64,000 nt of DNA from the human T2T-CHM13v2.0 reference genome, Homo sapiens. The stretch's first letter is position 1; every line of letters begins with the position of its first letter. The stretch lies in NCBI RefSeq assembly GCF_009914755.1, contig NC_060948.1, one strand, 5' to 3'. Shown piece after piece: positions 35,097 through 48,594 of this stretch. Below the pieces are notes generated by a model. That model was not told the DNA's origin and did not search any database. It saw only the letters and a program-made list of their open reading frames with translations. The position numbers and the translations under genes were made by a program.

Positions 35097-36496
35097 GCTC
35101 CGCTGGACCCGCAGATCCCGCACTGGCCAAAGGGCTCCGGTCCCCAGCAGGCTCAACTGCGCACAGGAGCTCGGGAGCCAGAGGCCCCGGCCCTGGGCTT
35201 GCAGAGCCCCACCAACAGGCACCGCAACCGCTGCTGCGGGTGCGGGAGCCTCTGGGTCGTCAAGGCAGCGCACAACAGCGTGCGCGCAGGCCGACAATGG
35301 CCAACCCTGGCGGCTGGCCTCTGGTGTGCCCAGGGCATAGGACAAGAGGCCCTTTGGAATGCTCCTTGGAGTACAGCATCCTCAGGGAGGAAGCATGGTA
35401 CTCGGAGCCTCTATTTGCCTCGACCTGTGAGAGTGTGTGCCGGGGCTCTGGCCTCTACAGCAGATCAATTCCACCTCAGCACCGGCAGGCGACTTTCCTC
35501 CCACGTGCCCGCCCCGATCACTTCCCCCAGGACACCCCTGCCGCCCTAGCCCCAGCAACCAGAGAGAGTTCTCTGCATCTGCTGTATTACCTCCGTACCA
35601 TCTACCTGGCCTGCCTAACGAAGAGAGATGTTTCCTGTGTTCATGACACATAGAGATGTTCATGGCTTGCCACACTGAGGATGTCAGGGCACAGGGCTGC
35701 CATGCCCACAATTCCAAAGGCCACGCAGCCCGCGTGTGCCCGGATGCCTAGCTACCCGGCACAAGCTCCAAGGGCTTCTCGGAGGAGGCTTGGGCAGGGA
35801 AGGCGGGGGGTGGGGGGGCTGGAGATGCAGGCCCGCCAGTGGCTGTGCCGCCCAGGGAGACGCCCACCGCCCTCCCATTGACTGGCCACGACGGGAGGAA
35901 GTCGGCCTGGGTGCGGCCCCCCGGCCCTTCGCGCGCAGTCCCTTAGGGGGCGCCTGGAAGCCCGGCGCATGCGCCCTGAGGGCTCGCTGACCTACTGGGT
36001 GCCAGAGAGGCTGCGGCAGGGTTTCTGTGGCGTGGGTCGGGCAGCACAGGCCTTGGTGTGTGCGAGTGCCAAGGAGGGCACCGCCTTCAGGATGGAGGCT
36101 GTACAGGAGGGGGCGGCCGGGGTGGAGAGTGAGCAGGCGGCTTTGGGGGAGGAGGCGGTGCTGCTGTTGGATGACATAATGGCGGAGGTGGAGGTGGTGG
36201 CGGAGGAGGAGGGCCTCGTGGAGCGGCGGGAGGAGGCCCAGCGGGCACAGCAGGCTGTGCCTGGCCCTGGGCCCATGACCCCAGAGTCTGCACTGGAGGA
36301 GCTGCTGGCCGTTCAGGTGGAGCTGGAGCCGGTTAATGCCCAAGCCAGGAAGGCCTTTTCTCGGCAGCGGGAAAAGATGGAGCGGAGGCGCAAGCCCCAC
36401 CTAGACCGCAGAGGCGCCGTCATCCAGAGCGTCCCTGGCTTCTGGGCCAATGTTGTATCCTTCTCAGTGTTTCTTCGGCCTTTCTAGTGGAGAGGT
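34146..36496. promoter_or_regulatory. CpG island / divergent promoter region, unit 2
   Basis: Copy of 13,850-16,200. Confidence 0.72.
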
Positions 36497-38531
36497 GCTC
36501 TCGGGGAAGTGTAAGTGACCGATGGGCAGCTCGGCGTCGATGTGACTCTTTGGGGAACAAAGGGGAGTTGCCACGGACCAATGTGGCTGTGGAAAGCCGG
36601 AGCAGGCGTGGGTACTATTGTCCTGCATGCGGCAGAGAAACCCTTGGTGATGCCGAGCAGCAGACGTTTGGGGCATCTTTTTGAAGAGCAGAAGCGAGTT
36701 CAGAGCGGAAGAGGTTTTTCAGTGAATGAAGCTATTTTTAAGGGAGTGTGATTGCTGCCCCTTGCTAGTCCGATCTGGGACTGGGCGTCTTCGGCTATAA
36801 GCAGATTCTGCCACTCCTCAGACACCAGCAAGTCTCTGCAAATCGCGCCTCCCCATGTCAGTGCAGTCAGCCTCAGAATCATACACCCTCTGTGAACACA
36901 GGAGGCCTTAGTTTACGGGGAGGGGGAGGCGAAAGGAGATCATACATGGAAGCAGATCTGAGAAATCCCCTACCCCAGCCTCTGGGTGCTCTTAGGCCTT
37001 CTTCCCTGTTGCTCCTCGCTTTCCCTTCCATCGTGTGTAAAGTCTCTTTGACCTAAATCAGATTGCAAACCACCCCCAGATGTCAGCCCTGATCACTGAC
37101 GAAGATGAAGACATGCTGAGCTACATGGTCAGCCTGGAGGTGAGGCCAGGAAGACTGGGGCTAGAGGGTTTAGCGGGGGAGGGTAAGGGAAATAATTCAT
37201 TCCTGTAAGCAAGAGTGAGCACCTCACCCGAAAACCTATCTAAGCTTTCTCCACCTTGTCCTGACAGGTGGAAGAAGAGAAGCATCCTGTTCATCTCTGC
37301 AAGATCATGTTGTTCTTTCGGAGTAACCCCTACTTCCAGAATAAAGTGATTACCAAGGAATATCTGGTGAACATCACAGGTGACAGGTGGCTCCCAGGAT
37401 GGGTAGTGGAAGGAAGATGGTGGGTGGATCATTGCCAACGGGATCCAGCCCCCTTCCCACAAAAACTCCTGTCTCTGTAGAATACAGGGCTTCTCATTCC
37501 ACTCCAATTGAGTGGTATCCGGATTATGAAGTGGAGGCCTATCGCCGCAGACACCACAACAGCAGCCTTAACTTCTTCAACTGGTTCTCTGACCACAACT
37601 TCGCAGGATCTAACAAGATTGCTGAGGTGAGTCCTCACTGGGAAACATGAGGAATGACCCCGTGTGTTCCCAGCTGCTTGGGTCACCTTTCTGAGCCCTG
37701 ATGAGGCCTTTCCCGATTGAGTCCCCTGACAGATCCTATGTAAGGACCTGTGGCGCAATCCCCTGCAATACTACAAGAGGATGAAGCCACCTGAAGAGGG
37801 AACAGAGACGTCAGGTGAGCCGTTAGTTGGCACTGGAGCTGTTTGATGCCCAGTATAAGGGGGTTGACACACCTGCCTATTCAGGGAGCCTGGGTGCTCA
37901 TTTCAGAAATGTAGAAATTGAGGCTCCTTTCGTACATGTAGAAATTCCTTGAGAGGAAGACAGAGAGTGACAGAATCCAGGACGTTCATGGCATTGGGCT
38001 GAAAAGGCACGTTAGAGACTGCACTGCAAAGCGGGTGATAGCTGTGGAGTCTTAAGCCCAGTGAAGAATCGTCCATTTCCAGAATCAATGAGAAGTAAAG
38101 CTGAAAATCATTCAGTTCAGTCTGTGGCACTTGATTCCACGGCTGTCAACCCCACCGGCAGTCATCCCACCAACCCCATGAGATTGGGCTCCCTGAATGT
38201 GCGTCCTGGTCATCCTTGCCCCAAACCACAAAGGACTGTTTAGATTGATGGATTTCCTTAAGCTGTTGCCCCATCAGACTTGTGTGTGCTTTTAGGGCCC
38301 AGTGCATCTTGTTAGCTGACTCCCCTCACAGACAATACTGGGAATGGGGCAGGGATTGCGCAGAACAGTTTGTAACACGTGGTAGGAGGAAGTTTAAGGG
38401 ATCACAAATGGGGAAGGGATATCCTTTTCTCAGCGGGCCCCACAATTGAAACATTTCAAAGTATGGCTCAGAGAAAATGCGTTTTAACATGAGTTTGTGT
38501 TTCTCTAGGGGACTCCCAGTTGTTGAGTTGA
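35969..38531 (+). CDS. TSPY: TSPY copy 2, 308 aa; exons 35969-36454, 37062-37139, 37268-37379, 37481-37626, 37733-37814, 38509-38531
   Basis: Same exon sizes and intact GT-AG sites; no coding difference from copy 1 noticed. Confidence 0.97.
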
Positions 38532-38757
38532 ATATGATGGAGCATCAGATTTTACCTAATACAGCAGAACTCCTAAAAAGTTACAGCCATATGCAGGACG
38601 GCAGTACTCAGCATGGTCTTATGCACAGGAACTAAAGGAAAAAGAGATCGAGTCACAAAAATTCAGGAAGAGGGGGTAAATGTGGATTGTATGGAATGAA
38701 AAATAAACATTCTCAAGGATGTGTGACTCTGTGTCTGTGTGTGTGTGTGTGTGTCTT

Positions 38758-38800
<43 letters not shown>

Positions 38801-41459
38801 TTATCCACTTTATTCGGGTGTCATAATGAATTGATCAATCCACGTGCTTTATTCTCTTCATGGAAATAACCAGTCTGCGTTGGAGCTGGGCCTCTAAAGT
38901 TGTAGAGTGAATGGGTGTGGGATGTGTTGGGATTCTTCCTACAGGACAGAGTGGGAGAGGTAAAAGCAAAAGACAGCTTAGTTGGAGGCTGACTTCGTCC
39001 TGTGGAAGCAGAGATAGTTCAAGGAAAGGGGTTACTGGGTTTCCAGGGCCCAGTTTGCTGGGACCTCCAAAATCCTTCATTTTGGGTATCATCATACACA
39101 GTAGCTAAGCACAGGATGATGGAAATCTTAAAGTTCGCTTTCGTGTTGAATCCACATGTTCTTTTAAAGGTGAATGCATGATCCTTTTCTGGGACAATCA
39201 GCCTCTCAGGACTTCTGAAACATCAACGTGAGAAGAAATGGGCATGCAAGGTGTATGGAGGGACTGTGGGAAAGGTGACAGAGGCACGTGGGAAGGCATT
39301 CAGGATACGCTTTTGGCATAGATGACTAAGGGAAAACAGAAACTTACAGAAGTGAGGGGAAAGGGGGTGGATTAGTGGAATATAAGATTGTTGGAGAATC
39401 CATCCATGGACTCTCTTGTCACTTGATGACCCAGGATATGGACACTCTTGTTGATGTTTACATCTTTAGTTGTTTTAAGCTTTTCTCCAAGATTCTGTGT
39501 TAGGTGAGGAGCCAATAACGTATGTAGCTAACAACAGTACGAGTGCATTTTGTGCTCTTGCAAAGTCTAGTGAGGCTCTATTCTCCCTCGTGATTGGCAC
39601 TGCAGATTGTATCTGGAGCCCAGGGCCCCTAAATTTTCTGTGGCCTCTTCAGCATAGTTTGCCTAAGGTTTAGAACGTAAAGCGAATATAGTTGCGGAAT
39701 ATGTTTTGCAAGCCTCACACAGGAGGACAAAACATACAGCTTTCATTCGCGAGTGGGAGGCTGCTTCCCAGGAACACGTGTGTCTGCACAAGACAAGGGG
39801 TTGCCTCTGTCAAGGATGGGGCAGGAGGATTTCAGTGTCGGAGGCAGAACTTTCTTTCCTGTTCCCAGATGAAACAGTTCCAACACGAGCATCCATGTTG
39901 ACCACACGCTACTAGAGTGCTAACATTGCTGTCCCGTATAGACTCTGGTCAGCACAGCTTCTGTGAGAAGAGCTATGTTGTTTCAGGGAAGAGGGTTTGA
40001 CAGTCAAAGTTCCTGAATCTGTTGTGGTGCCTGCAATATGCATTCTACCCCTCCTGCTCGGTGTCAAAGCAGTTGAGCTTTGAAAATCTATCGCCCGGTT
40101 TTGTCCCTGCTCCTATGCAGACCTCTGAAGCTCTGGAGCGGGAGTCTTGTCCTCCTCTGACTACCGTCCCCCTGACCCACAAACACAGGAGAAACAGGTG
40201 TTCTAAGCAAATTATTCTGAAAACAGTCGGAACCCTTTGGCCCCCTCAAGCTGCCCTCTATCCTACTGTGTGCATGTCAAAGACACTGTGGTCCAGTACG
40301 GTATCCCTATAGCGGCAATGGGGCAACAGATTGGTGTGTGCACTCTGGGCAACTCAGATTAGGAAACGTCTGGGGACTTGCCTATAACGAGGTCGTCTTA
40401 AAACGTGTTGCCCCAAATTTAAGGCATAGGAAAATGTTGAGGAAAGGGTCTTGCAATGATTTTTCTAGGAGGTAAATAGATAAGAAAATGACCGTAAATA
40501 GATGCCAGGGCTAGTTTTGGAGCTAGCCTGTTTTAAAGTGGTGGTAGGGGAGGAGCTTTTTCCAAGGCAGGTAGCAAACCAGGAACTGTCTACGATGGAT
40601 GGGCGTGCCACGGGTTGGTGGCTCAGCCATATTGCCACCCCACCGAGTGAATGCAGCAGACTGGGCTTCTTCCTTGAATCCTACGTGCAATTCAGTCTAG
40701 TGATTTCACATGAGATCCCTTCTTCTGGTATTATCACAGATCGTGCTGAATTATACAGGCTGTGTAATGCTTCTTCCACTGAATATCCGTGCACGTGGGC
40801 CACAGATGCTAAGGGCACTGACAAATTTGCACCGTGCCTCAGTAACTCGGAAGCACATCTGTGATTTGTACCGACAGGGACTTGGTGTCTTTTCGTGTTT
40901 AAAGTAGCACGTGTGTGTTTGTGGTTGCGTATGTTTATTTCTCTGTGCGGGTTTGTATATTTTCTCTGACTCCACCTATGTCTCCGTGGTTCCGATATTT
41001 TTCCACACTCCCTGCGACAATTTGCACATGCCTATCTCTACAACCATTGTAGACTTTGTATCTGTGTCTTTGAACATCTGTCACTCTCTCTCCCTTCCTT
41101 TTTTCTTTTCCTTCCTTTACACCCCTCCTTTCATCCTTCCCTTGCTTCCCCACCACACTCTCTCCATCTGTATCGTCTATGTTTCTATTCTCTATCTGGG
41201 TTTACTTTCTAATTCTGAATTCAAGGGCATTGAATTGAAAAGAAGCACTCTTCGTACTTTTATGTGTTTTAACTCATTTGGGGAATTTGGCGTGGTATTA
41301 TTTACAGGGTTCTCTCTGCCCTTTCTCATTGTTCTCCCCAGCCGGGGCTGTTATTATGTGAAAGCTGGTTTCCTTCATCACATCGCGTAGGCTCTAATGA
41401 TGTTTCGTTTATTTTGATTCTCCTCACACTACATAGTTTTAATTTACCTAATGTGACTG

Positions 41460-41765
41460 TTTTTTTGTTTGTTTTCCGAGAATGGGTCTTACTCTGTCTT
41501 CTAGGTTGGACAGCAGCCCCACGATCTCAGCCCACTGCAGCCCAGGCACCACACACCCATGTGATCCTGTCAACTCAGACTCTCACACACCTGGCAGTAC
41601 AGGTGCATGCCACCCCTCCAAGCTATGTATTAATTAACTAAATACTTACTTTTTGAATGTGGGTCCATGTTGCCCCAGGCTCATCTGGAACTCCTGAGTG
41701 CAGGCAATCCTCCCACCTCAGCTTATCAAAGTGCTGGGATGACAGGTGTGACCCATGGCCCTGCC
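41460..41765 (-). mobile_element. Degenerate Alu, unit 2
   Basis: Copy of 21,148-21,453. Confidence 0.75.
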
Positions 41766-41905
41766 ATGGCTTTGTGTTTTTTGCTTTTTTCTTCCTCCTC
41801 CTCACGTCTTGTTTTGAAACATGCACTGAAGGTTTCAATTCATGGACTATAGCCTCTGTGCCTGGAATTTCTATCTTTCAACTCATCATCAGCATTCATT
41901 GGGAT

Positions 41906-41909
<4 letters not shown>

Positions 41910-41957
<48 letters not shown>

Positions 41958-42075
41958 ATATAAGAATACCTATGTACACACATATATACGTATATACATG
42001 TATATACGTATATATGCACATTTATATACGTATATACATGTATATACGTATATATATACATGTACACATATGTAT
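41910..42075. repeat. (TA)22 plus TATACG/TATACA palindromic simple repeat, unit 2
   Basis: Direct reading; TA run 41911-41954. Confidence 0.9.
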
Positions 42076-42204
42076 TTATTTCTCAAGTTACGAAACGGCT
42101 TGCATTCTTTCCTGTGTCATGAAAAAGACTTTGCTAGAAAAGAAAAGCACTGCTTTATAATAAAATATTTTATTTGCATTTATTTTGTTAAGGCATTTTA
42201 AAAA

Positions 42205-43955
42205 TTGTATGTTTGTTTAAAAAATGTCATATGAAATGATACATATTTACAACTTAAGGCGTGATGTTCAACAGGTCATATACATTATGCATTGGATACA
42301 TCCAGCCAATCAACATATGTGTGACCTCACATAGTTGTCATTTTTGTTGTGAAAAAACTTGACCTGCACTGTATTCGAATATTTTTAGAGAAAGAATATG
42401 TTACCACTAGTTATAGTGAGCATGCTGAAGAAAATATTTTTAACCTATTCCTCCTTTATAACTAGAAGTATGAGTTCTTCATCCAGCATCTCGTCAGTGC
42501 ACCCTCTTCACCGCAGTCATTGGAGTCACTACTTCTGTGAAGTCCGCTTTTTTGATTTCATATAAGAATGAGATCATGTGCTATTTTCCTTTCTGATACC
42601 TGGCTTATGTCACTTAACAGAATGGCATGCACACATTCAGCAGATTCCCACACATTCTCACAACTGGCAGGATTTCCTGATTTCTTATTGCAGCGCATAT
42701 TTCCGTTGCGCATATGCGTTTTTGCCCCATTTTTTAATCCACTTATCAATGGAGGGACACTCAGGTTGCTTCCGCATTTTGGCTACAGCAAAAATGTAAT
42801 GAGTGCAGCAATAATTGCATGGGTGCGCGCACCGCTTCAACATACTGATCTGTGTACTGGCGGGCGTGCCCGGGTATTCTGATTTGCTGGATCATATAGT
42901 GGGTGGTTCTACTTGTAGATTTCTGAAGGCTGTTTATACTTAAATAAGAGCCATAAAGCTTCTTTAATGCCAGCACTAATTTACATTCTCCCCAAAAGTG
43001 AGCAGGGAATTCGTTTTCTCTGCCTCCTCACCAGAGATTAGGGTTTTCTTTTCTTTCTTTTTTTTTTTTGTTTGTTTGTCTTTCGGATAATATGCATTCT
43101 GACTGAAGTGAGAAGAAATCTCATTGTGTTTTTGATTTGCATTTTCGTGATGGATTGGGGATAATGAGGAATTTTTAGTGTGTCTTCTGGGCAACTGTAT
43201 GTCTCAGTTTCACAAATGAGTCTTCGCAGCCTTCGCCCATTTGTTTTCATGCTATTGAGTTGTTGGGAGTTCCTTATGTACTGTGACTATTCCCCCATGA
43301 ACAGATGTATGGTGATCCAATCATTGCTCCCATCCTGTAGGATGCCCCTTCTGTATGTTGAGTTTTCTATGGTGTGGTGAAGCACTTTAGTTTGATATGA
43401 TTCCATTCTCTATTTTTGATGGTGTTTACTGTGTTCTTGCAGTCACTTTGAGACCATCATTGCACACACGGACGCCATGGAGCTTCTTCCTTGTGATCTC
43501 TTCTGCTATTTTTATCGTTTCACATCTGACACTGGAGTTTGGTGATAAATAATCCACTTGTAAAATCCTTTGTGTGGCTATTCAGATTTCCCCAACCTAG
43601 TTTATAGAAGATACTTGATTTTGCATTGGGCGTTCTTGCTTCTTTGGGAAAAGGCTGTGAGCTGCAAATGCAGTGACTTAGTTCTGGGCTCCTGTTGTTT
43701 TTCCTAAGCTCTAGTCTCTGCTTTTCTGCCAGTGCTATTGTATTTTGGTACAAAAAGTTTTGTAGTAGTATATCATGAAGTTAGGTAGTGTGGTGGCTCC
43801 AGCTTTGTGCTTTTTACTGGATTGCTCTGGGTTTTCAGGATCTTCTGCCATTTCATAGCAAATTTGGGATTCCCAGATTGTTTTTCTAAGAAGAATGTGT
43901 CATTGATATTTTTACAGGGGTTGTATAGAATCTGAGGATGACTCAGGTAGTAGTG
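42205..43955 (-). mobile_element. L1 3' fragment, unit 2
   Basis: Copy of 21,860-23,610. Confidence 0.85.
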
Positions 43956-44009
43956 ATGTCAATGCCGTTTAGACAATGTGCGTGTTTGTGTGCACAAGCT
44001 CAGGGCCAA

Positions 44010-45440
44010 GAGACACTGGGTGTCCTCACCAATACTGAGGTGGGCCTTAATATCCAGCCAGATTGCCTTCTGGAAACACACGGAATGTCCTGTTCTGTTT
44101 TGCCATCTCTTCACATTTCCTCCCCTGTGAGCCCTGTGTGGTCCTCCAGATTCCCTGTGCGGTGGCCTGCCTTTTTTGGGGTGGGGAGTTGCTGGGTGAA
44201 TGAGGATGGCGGAGGGAACCAAGCATGTCAGTGGAGCGTGGTGTCATCCAAACGGTACTTAGCAGGCCTGGGAGAGTCATTCTGGGAGGACGCAGACCTA
44301 GAGAGGCCTCAGGTGGGCATCTGTGTGGAGGGTGAGAGATCCCTGGTTGAGCCCAAACTGAACCCCAGGTAGAAGCAAGCCTCAGGACAGGGAAGTAGCT
44401 AGCAAGGGATGATGAGGCAGCTATCTCTTGACCCTGGCTTCCCACCCATTGACCTTAGCTACTTATGCCTATTAAGCAGATTACGGTTCCCCCATCGTGA
44501 AATGTGGGTACCACCGTTCCCTAATGGGCATTTCTCCACCAGCCCATGATGGCCTGAGTTTCCTTACTGCAGTCTCCTCCCTGAGCCTTGGCTTCTCTAT
44601 GTGTGTCCTAACTCCAGGACCCACAGGCCTGTCAACCCCCAGCCCTGGGCTGCTTCCCTGGCCTCTTCTCTGTTCCCTCTCTGAGGGCCTAACTCCCTTG
44701 GGTAGTGCTGCAGAATATAGAGCCACAGGCCCTGGCTGATGATCTGGTGGACTGGGCAAATTGGTCGTGACAGGTCAGGTTCTGGTTCAAAGCCAATTCC
44801 TCCGATGCCAAGGAATGTCGAAGAAGGTCCTTTGCCATGATGCCCCATAGCTGCCCCACCTCAGCAATCGTGCCGTAACCTGGGCCCTCACAGTCAGACA
44901 ACCAGCTGAAGAAGCTCAGGCAGTGACCTGCGGGAAACTCGGGCTTTCACCTGCATGACCCTAGAACCACTGGACTGCAGTGGAGCCAGTCACCCTGTAT
45001 CCTGGAGGGAGACGAGTCAGGAAGGCGCACGCCAGGCCCAGCTCCCGAGGTACTACCCCCTCTACTCCTCAGGGAGGATGCCAATGCAATACTCCTTAGT
45101 CATCACTTTGTTTCCGAAGTAAATGTTGTGATGAAAGGCAAACTTCTTCCTACCCCTTGTATTCAGGGTGGCCGAGTTCCTCCACCTGCCTGTCCAAGAA
45201 GGAGAAACAGGGCTGTGAAGGGGCAATTTCATCTAGGTGGGCTGAGGTGGCATTCTAGCCGGGGTGAAGCATGCGTTTCCCCTTCCCAGCTTTCCCGCTG
45301 AGACACACCTGAGCCCCAGAAGGACCTCAACCTGACCAGGACCTTAGCGCCCTCCCCCAGACCCAGGCTTTCCATCCTGACCTGCAAATCCAACATGCAG
45401 CTTTGAAGGACTTTCTCATGGTTTCTGAGCTCCTTGCTCT
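44010..45440 (-). pseudogene. 5'-truncated TSPY relic B, unit 2
   Basis: Copy of 23,665-25,095 (IISQGLWLYILQHYP; SDCEGPGYGTIAE). Confidence 0.82.
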
Positions 45441-47477
45441 CACCAGAAAGAATCAGAACTTTTAAAGTGTTCTTTATGCCAACTTAAATTTTTTCATTTT
45501 TACTACCTCATGTTTTGGATGAGGCATGTATTTTTAAATTTATTTTCACCCTTATTGTACCTCTATGATAAACTGCTTGCTTACATTCATACCGTAATTA
45601 TCTCTCAGGTTACTTGTCTGTTCCTAAAGATTCACTGAAACGAAGAATTCTATATATGCTTGTATCTTTCAGCAACCGTATGTCAGATAGCACTGCACAT
45701 TACTGCAGACATCGCATATACAGGTCCAAAGGTAGAGGAAGAAGAAGAAAGCAAGCGTTAAACTCTATTCATTCCTAAAAGCATATCAGAAACTCACAAA
45801 TAACAGTGAAATCAAAGAATGATCACAGCCAATTCCATTACATACCTAGACTGAAATACGAAACTTCAAAGAAAAGAAACATTAGAACTTTGGGTTTGTA
45901 AAAATTTTCCTATATAGATAAAATTATTGGTAACTGTGTCTCACTAGAAAACGTAAACAAAAATCCATGTTTTTCATATTTGTAAATATACATAGTTTTA
46001 TTTCCATCAGTTATGACATGCAAGCAAGTAATAAAGTGAAAGTACAATCAAATGATATATGGAACTTCCTCAGTCTTAAAATATTCCATGGAGACTATCA
46101 ATTTTATGAAAACTATAAAGAATGCTTCATGAAACTACATTGTACAGTGCCATTTACTATTTTACTGACATTTTAAATAATCAACAATTAAAGGGAATAC
46201 GTCAACATTATTTAATACCAATAACGTTATTTTTCTTGAGTAATCCTGTTGAAATTAAGGATTTTAAATAAAACATTAAAAACAAATTATATTGACTGAT
46301 TTCAGCTTTGGATGAAATCATACTTGTGTATTTGTAGTAATGCGAAGCATAACTTTCTCCTCACAATTAATCTTTTATAACATCGGTGTTATAGTTTTCT
46401 CTGACACCAACATTGTGATATCGCACAGGTTTACTGCATGCATGCATTACATGCCTCCAGAGAGTAGGCTTCAAATATATGGAAAAATTATATTTATGAA
46501 AAAATTCTAGGAAAGGGAATGGTGAAATGGAAGAGAATTTCTCACTTGCTAACTGTTGGACATGGATTTGTATATATTTGGATATAGACACATACTGGCA
46601 CACTGTGAGTTTGCCCATGTATATATACACTTATATGAGAAACCCATAATATATGGGTTGTGTAATCTTTTAATTAATCCATAATTGTATGTGTGTGAAA
46701 TTAGATAAGCGGTTACCTTTTCTTTACTCAATTTGATGGAAAGCCAAAAAACTCTGTCCACCTTCATTTCAATTAATCCAATACTGTTAACTGCTGGTAG
46801 CTTCATTCTCCTTGTTCTCTTACGGCAACCGGAAAGTTAATTCTCGCTCTAATTTGGCTTTCAAGGTGCGATCAACAAGAGTGTCACCTTGCTGTGGATT
46901 GTGACCTCTGACTCCACCTCTGTCTTCCTTTTGCAGTCCTACCTTTGCATAGGTAACAAACTTTGTACATGGTTAAAAGGATAAAAGTTCAGTGAAATGT
47001 CAAGCCATGCTGTGAAATGTTCCATAGTTTCTATATCTCTAATTGTCCTTTGATGTTATAGAGGCAAGAAAAATAATTCAATGTTTTTCTTAGTATCTAG
47101 TCCAATGCACGCTTTCTTCATAATACTGCAAACAAGGCACTGACATGGAAACGTGGCTGGACGTCTCAAAATCTCTTCTCATTAATTACCATTATGTTAA
47201 TCACTGTTGCCCACAACTGGAATTGGACTTTGAAATCCCCTGGTGGAAATTGCTATAATGGCTCAAACTACTGGAAAGACTATCTTTTTTTTACCTGAAA
47301 ATATCTGATGAGCATAGACGTATGCTATATACAGGAACATATTGTACATTAACAACATACCATCACTGCCACTCAATAATAGGTATCCCAAACCTTTGAG
47401 CCAAACTGAGCTCGGGTGCTCCCACAAACCAAGCTTTTCCCTCCACAGATTTCTTATGTCAAAAAGCCACAACTCCA

Positions 47478-48145
47478 GGCCAGGCTTCGTGGCTCTTGTT
47501 GTAATTTCTACATTTTGGGAGGCCGAGGTTGGTGGGTCACTTGAGGTCAGGAGTTGGAGACCAGCATGGGCAACATGGCAAAAAGCTGTCTCTACCAAAA
47601 ATACAAAAATTAGCCAGACCTAGTGGCACTTTCCTGTGGTCCCAGCTACTTGGGAGGCTGAGGCAGGAGAACCACCTGAACATGGGTGGCAGAGATTGTA
47701 TAGTAAGCCAAGATCAGACTACTGCACTCCAGCCTGGATGACACAGCGAGACCATGACTGAAAAAAGAAAAAAAAAAAATAAAGGCAACTCCACTCGTCC
47801 ACTGGCTTAGGTAAAAAGTACTGGAGTTGGCTGGGCTCGGTGGCTCACACCTGTATTCCCAGCACTTTGGATTTTGGGAAGCTGAGTCGGGCGGGTCACC
47901 TGAGATCTGTAGTAGGAGAGCAGCCTGGCCAACATGGTGAAGCCTGGCTTCTACTAAAAATACAAAACATTAGCTGAGCGTGGTGATGCATGCTTGTAAT
48001 CCCAGCTACTGCAGAGGCTGAACCTGGGAGGCGGAGGATGTGTTGAGCTGAGATCCTGCCACTGCGCTCCAGCCTGGTCTACAGAGCGAGAGTACCCTGT
48101 GAGAAACAAAGGTGAAGAGAACAAGAAAAAAAAAATGAGAAAAAT
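47478..48145 (+). mobile_element. Two tandem Alu elements, unit 2
   Basis: Copy of 27,133-27,800. Confidence 0.88.
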
Positions 48146-48241
48146 AAGACCCACTGCAAAAGGTTGCCACAGAAAAGATTAAACATTTCAGCAACTTCTA
48201 TCTTCTGTCATGGAAGCCAAGGTTATTTGGACCAAACCTCC

Positions 48242-48594
48242 TGTCTTAGTTCATTTTCACGCTGCTGAAGAAGACATACCTGAAACTGGGAATAAAAGGA
48301 GGTTTAATTGGACTGACAGTTCCACATGGCTGTGGAGGCCTCAGAATCATGGTATACGAATAAAGGCACTTCTTACATGGCAATGCCAAGAGAGAATGAG
48401 GAAGAACCTGAGGCAGAAACCCCTGAAAAACCCATCAGATCCCGTGAGACTTCTTCACTGTCACAAGAATAGCATGAGAAAGACCGACCCCCATGATTCA
48501 ATTACCTCCCCCTGGGTCCCACCCGCAACACGAGGGAATTCTGGGAGATACAATTGAAGCTGAGATTTGAATGGAGACACACCAAACCATGTCA
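48242..48594 (-). mobile_element. THE1 (MaLR) solo LTR, unit 2
   Basis: Copy of 27,897-28,249. Confidence 0.88.
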
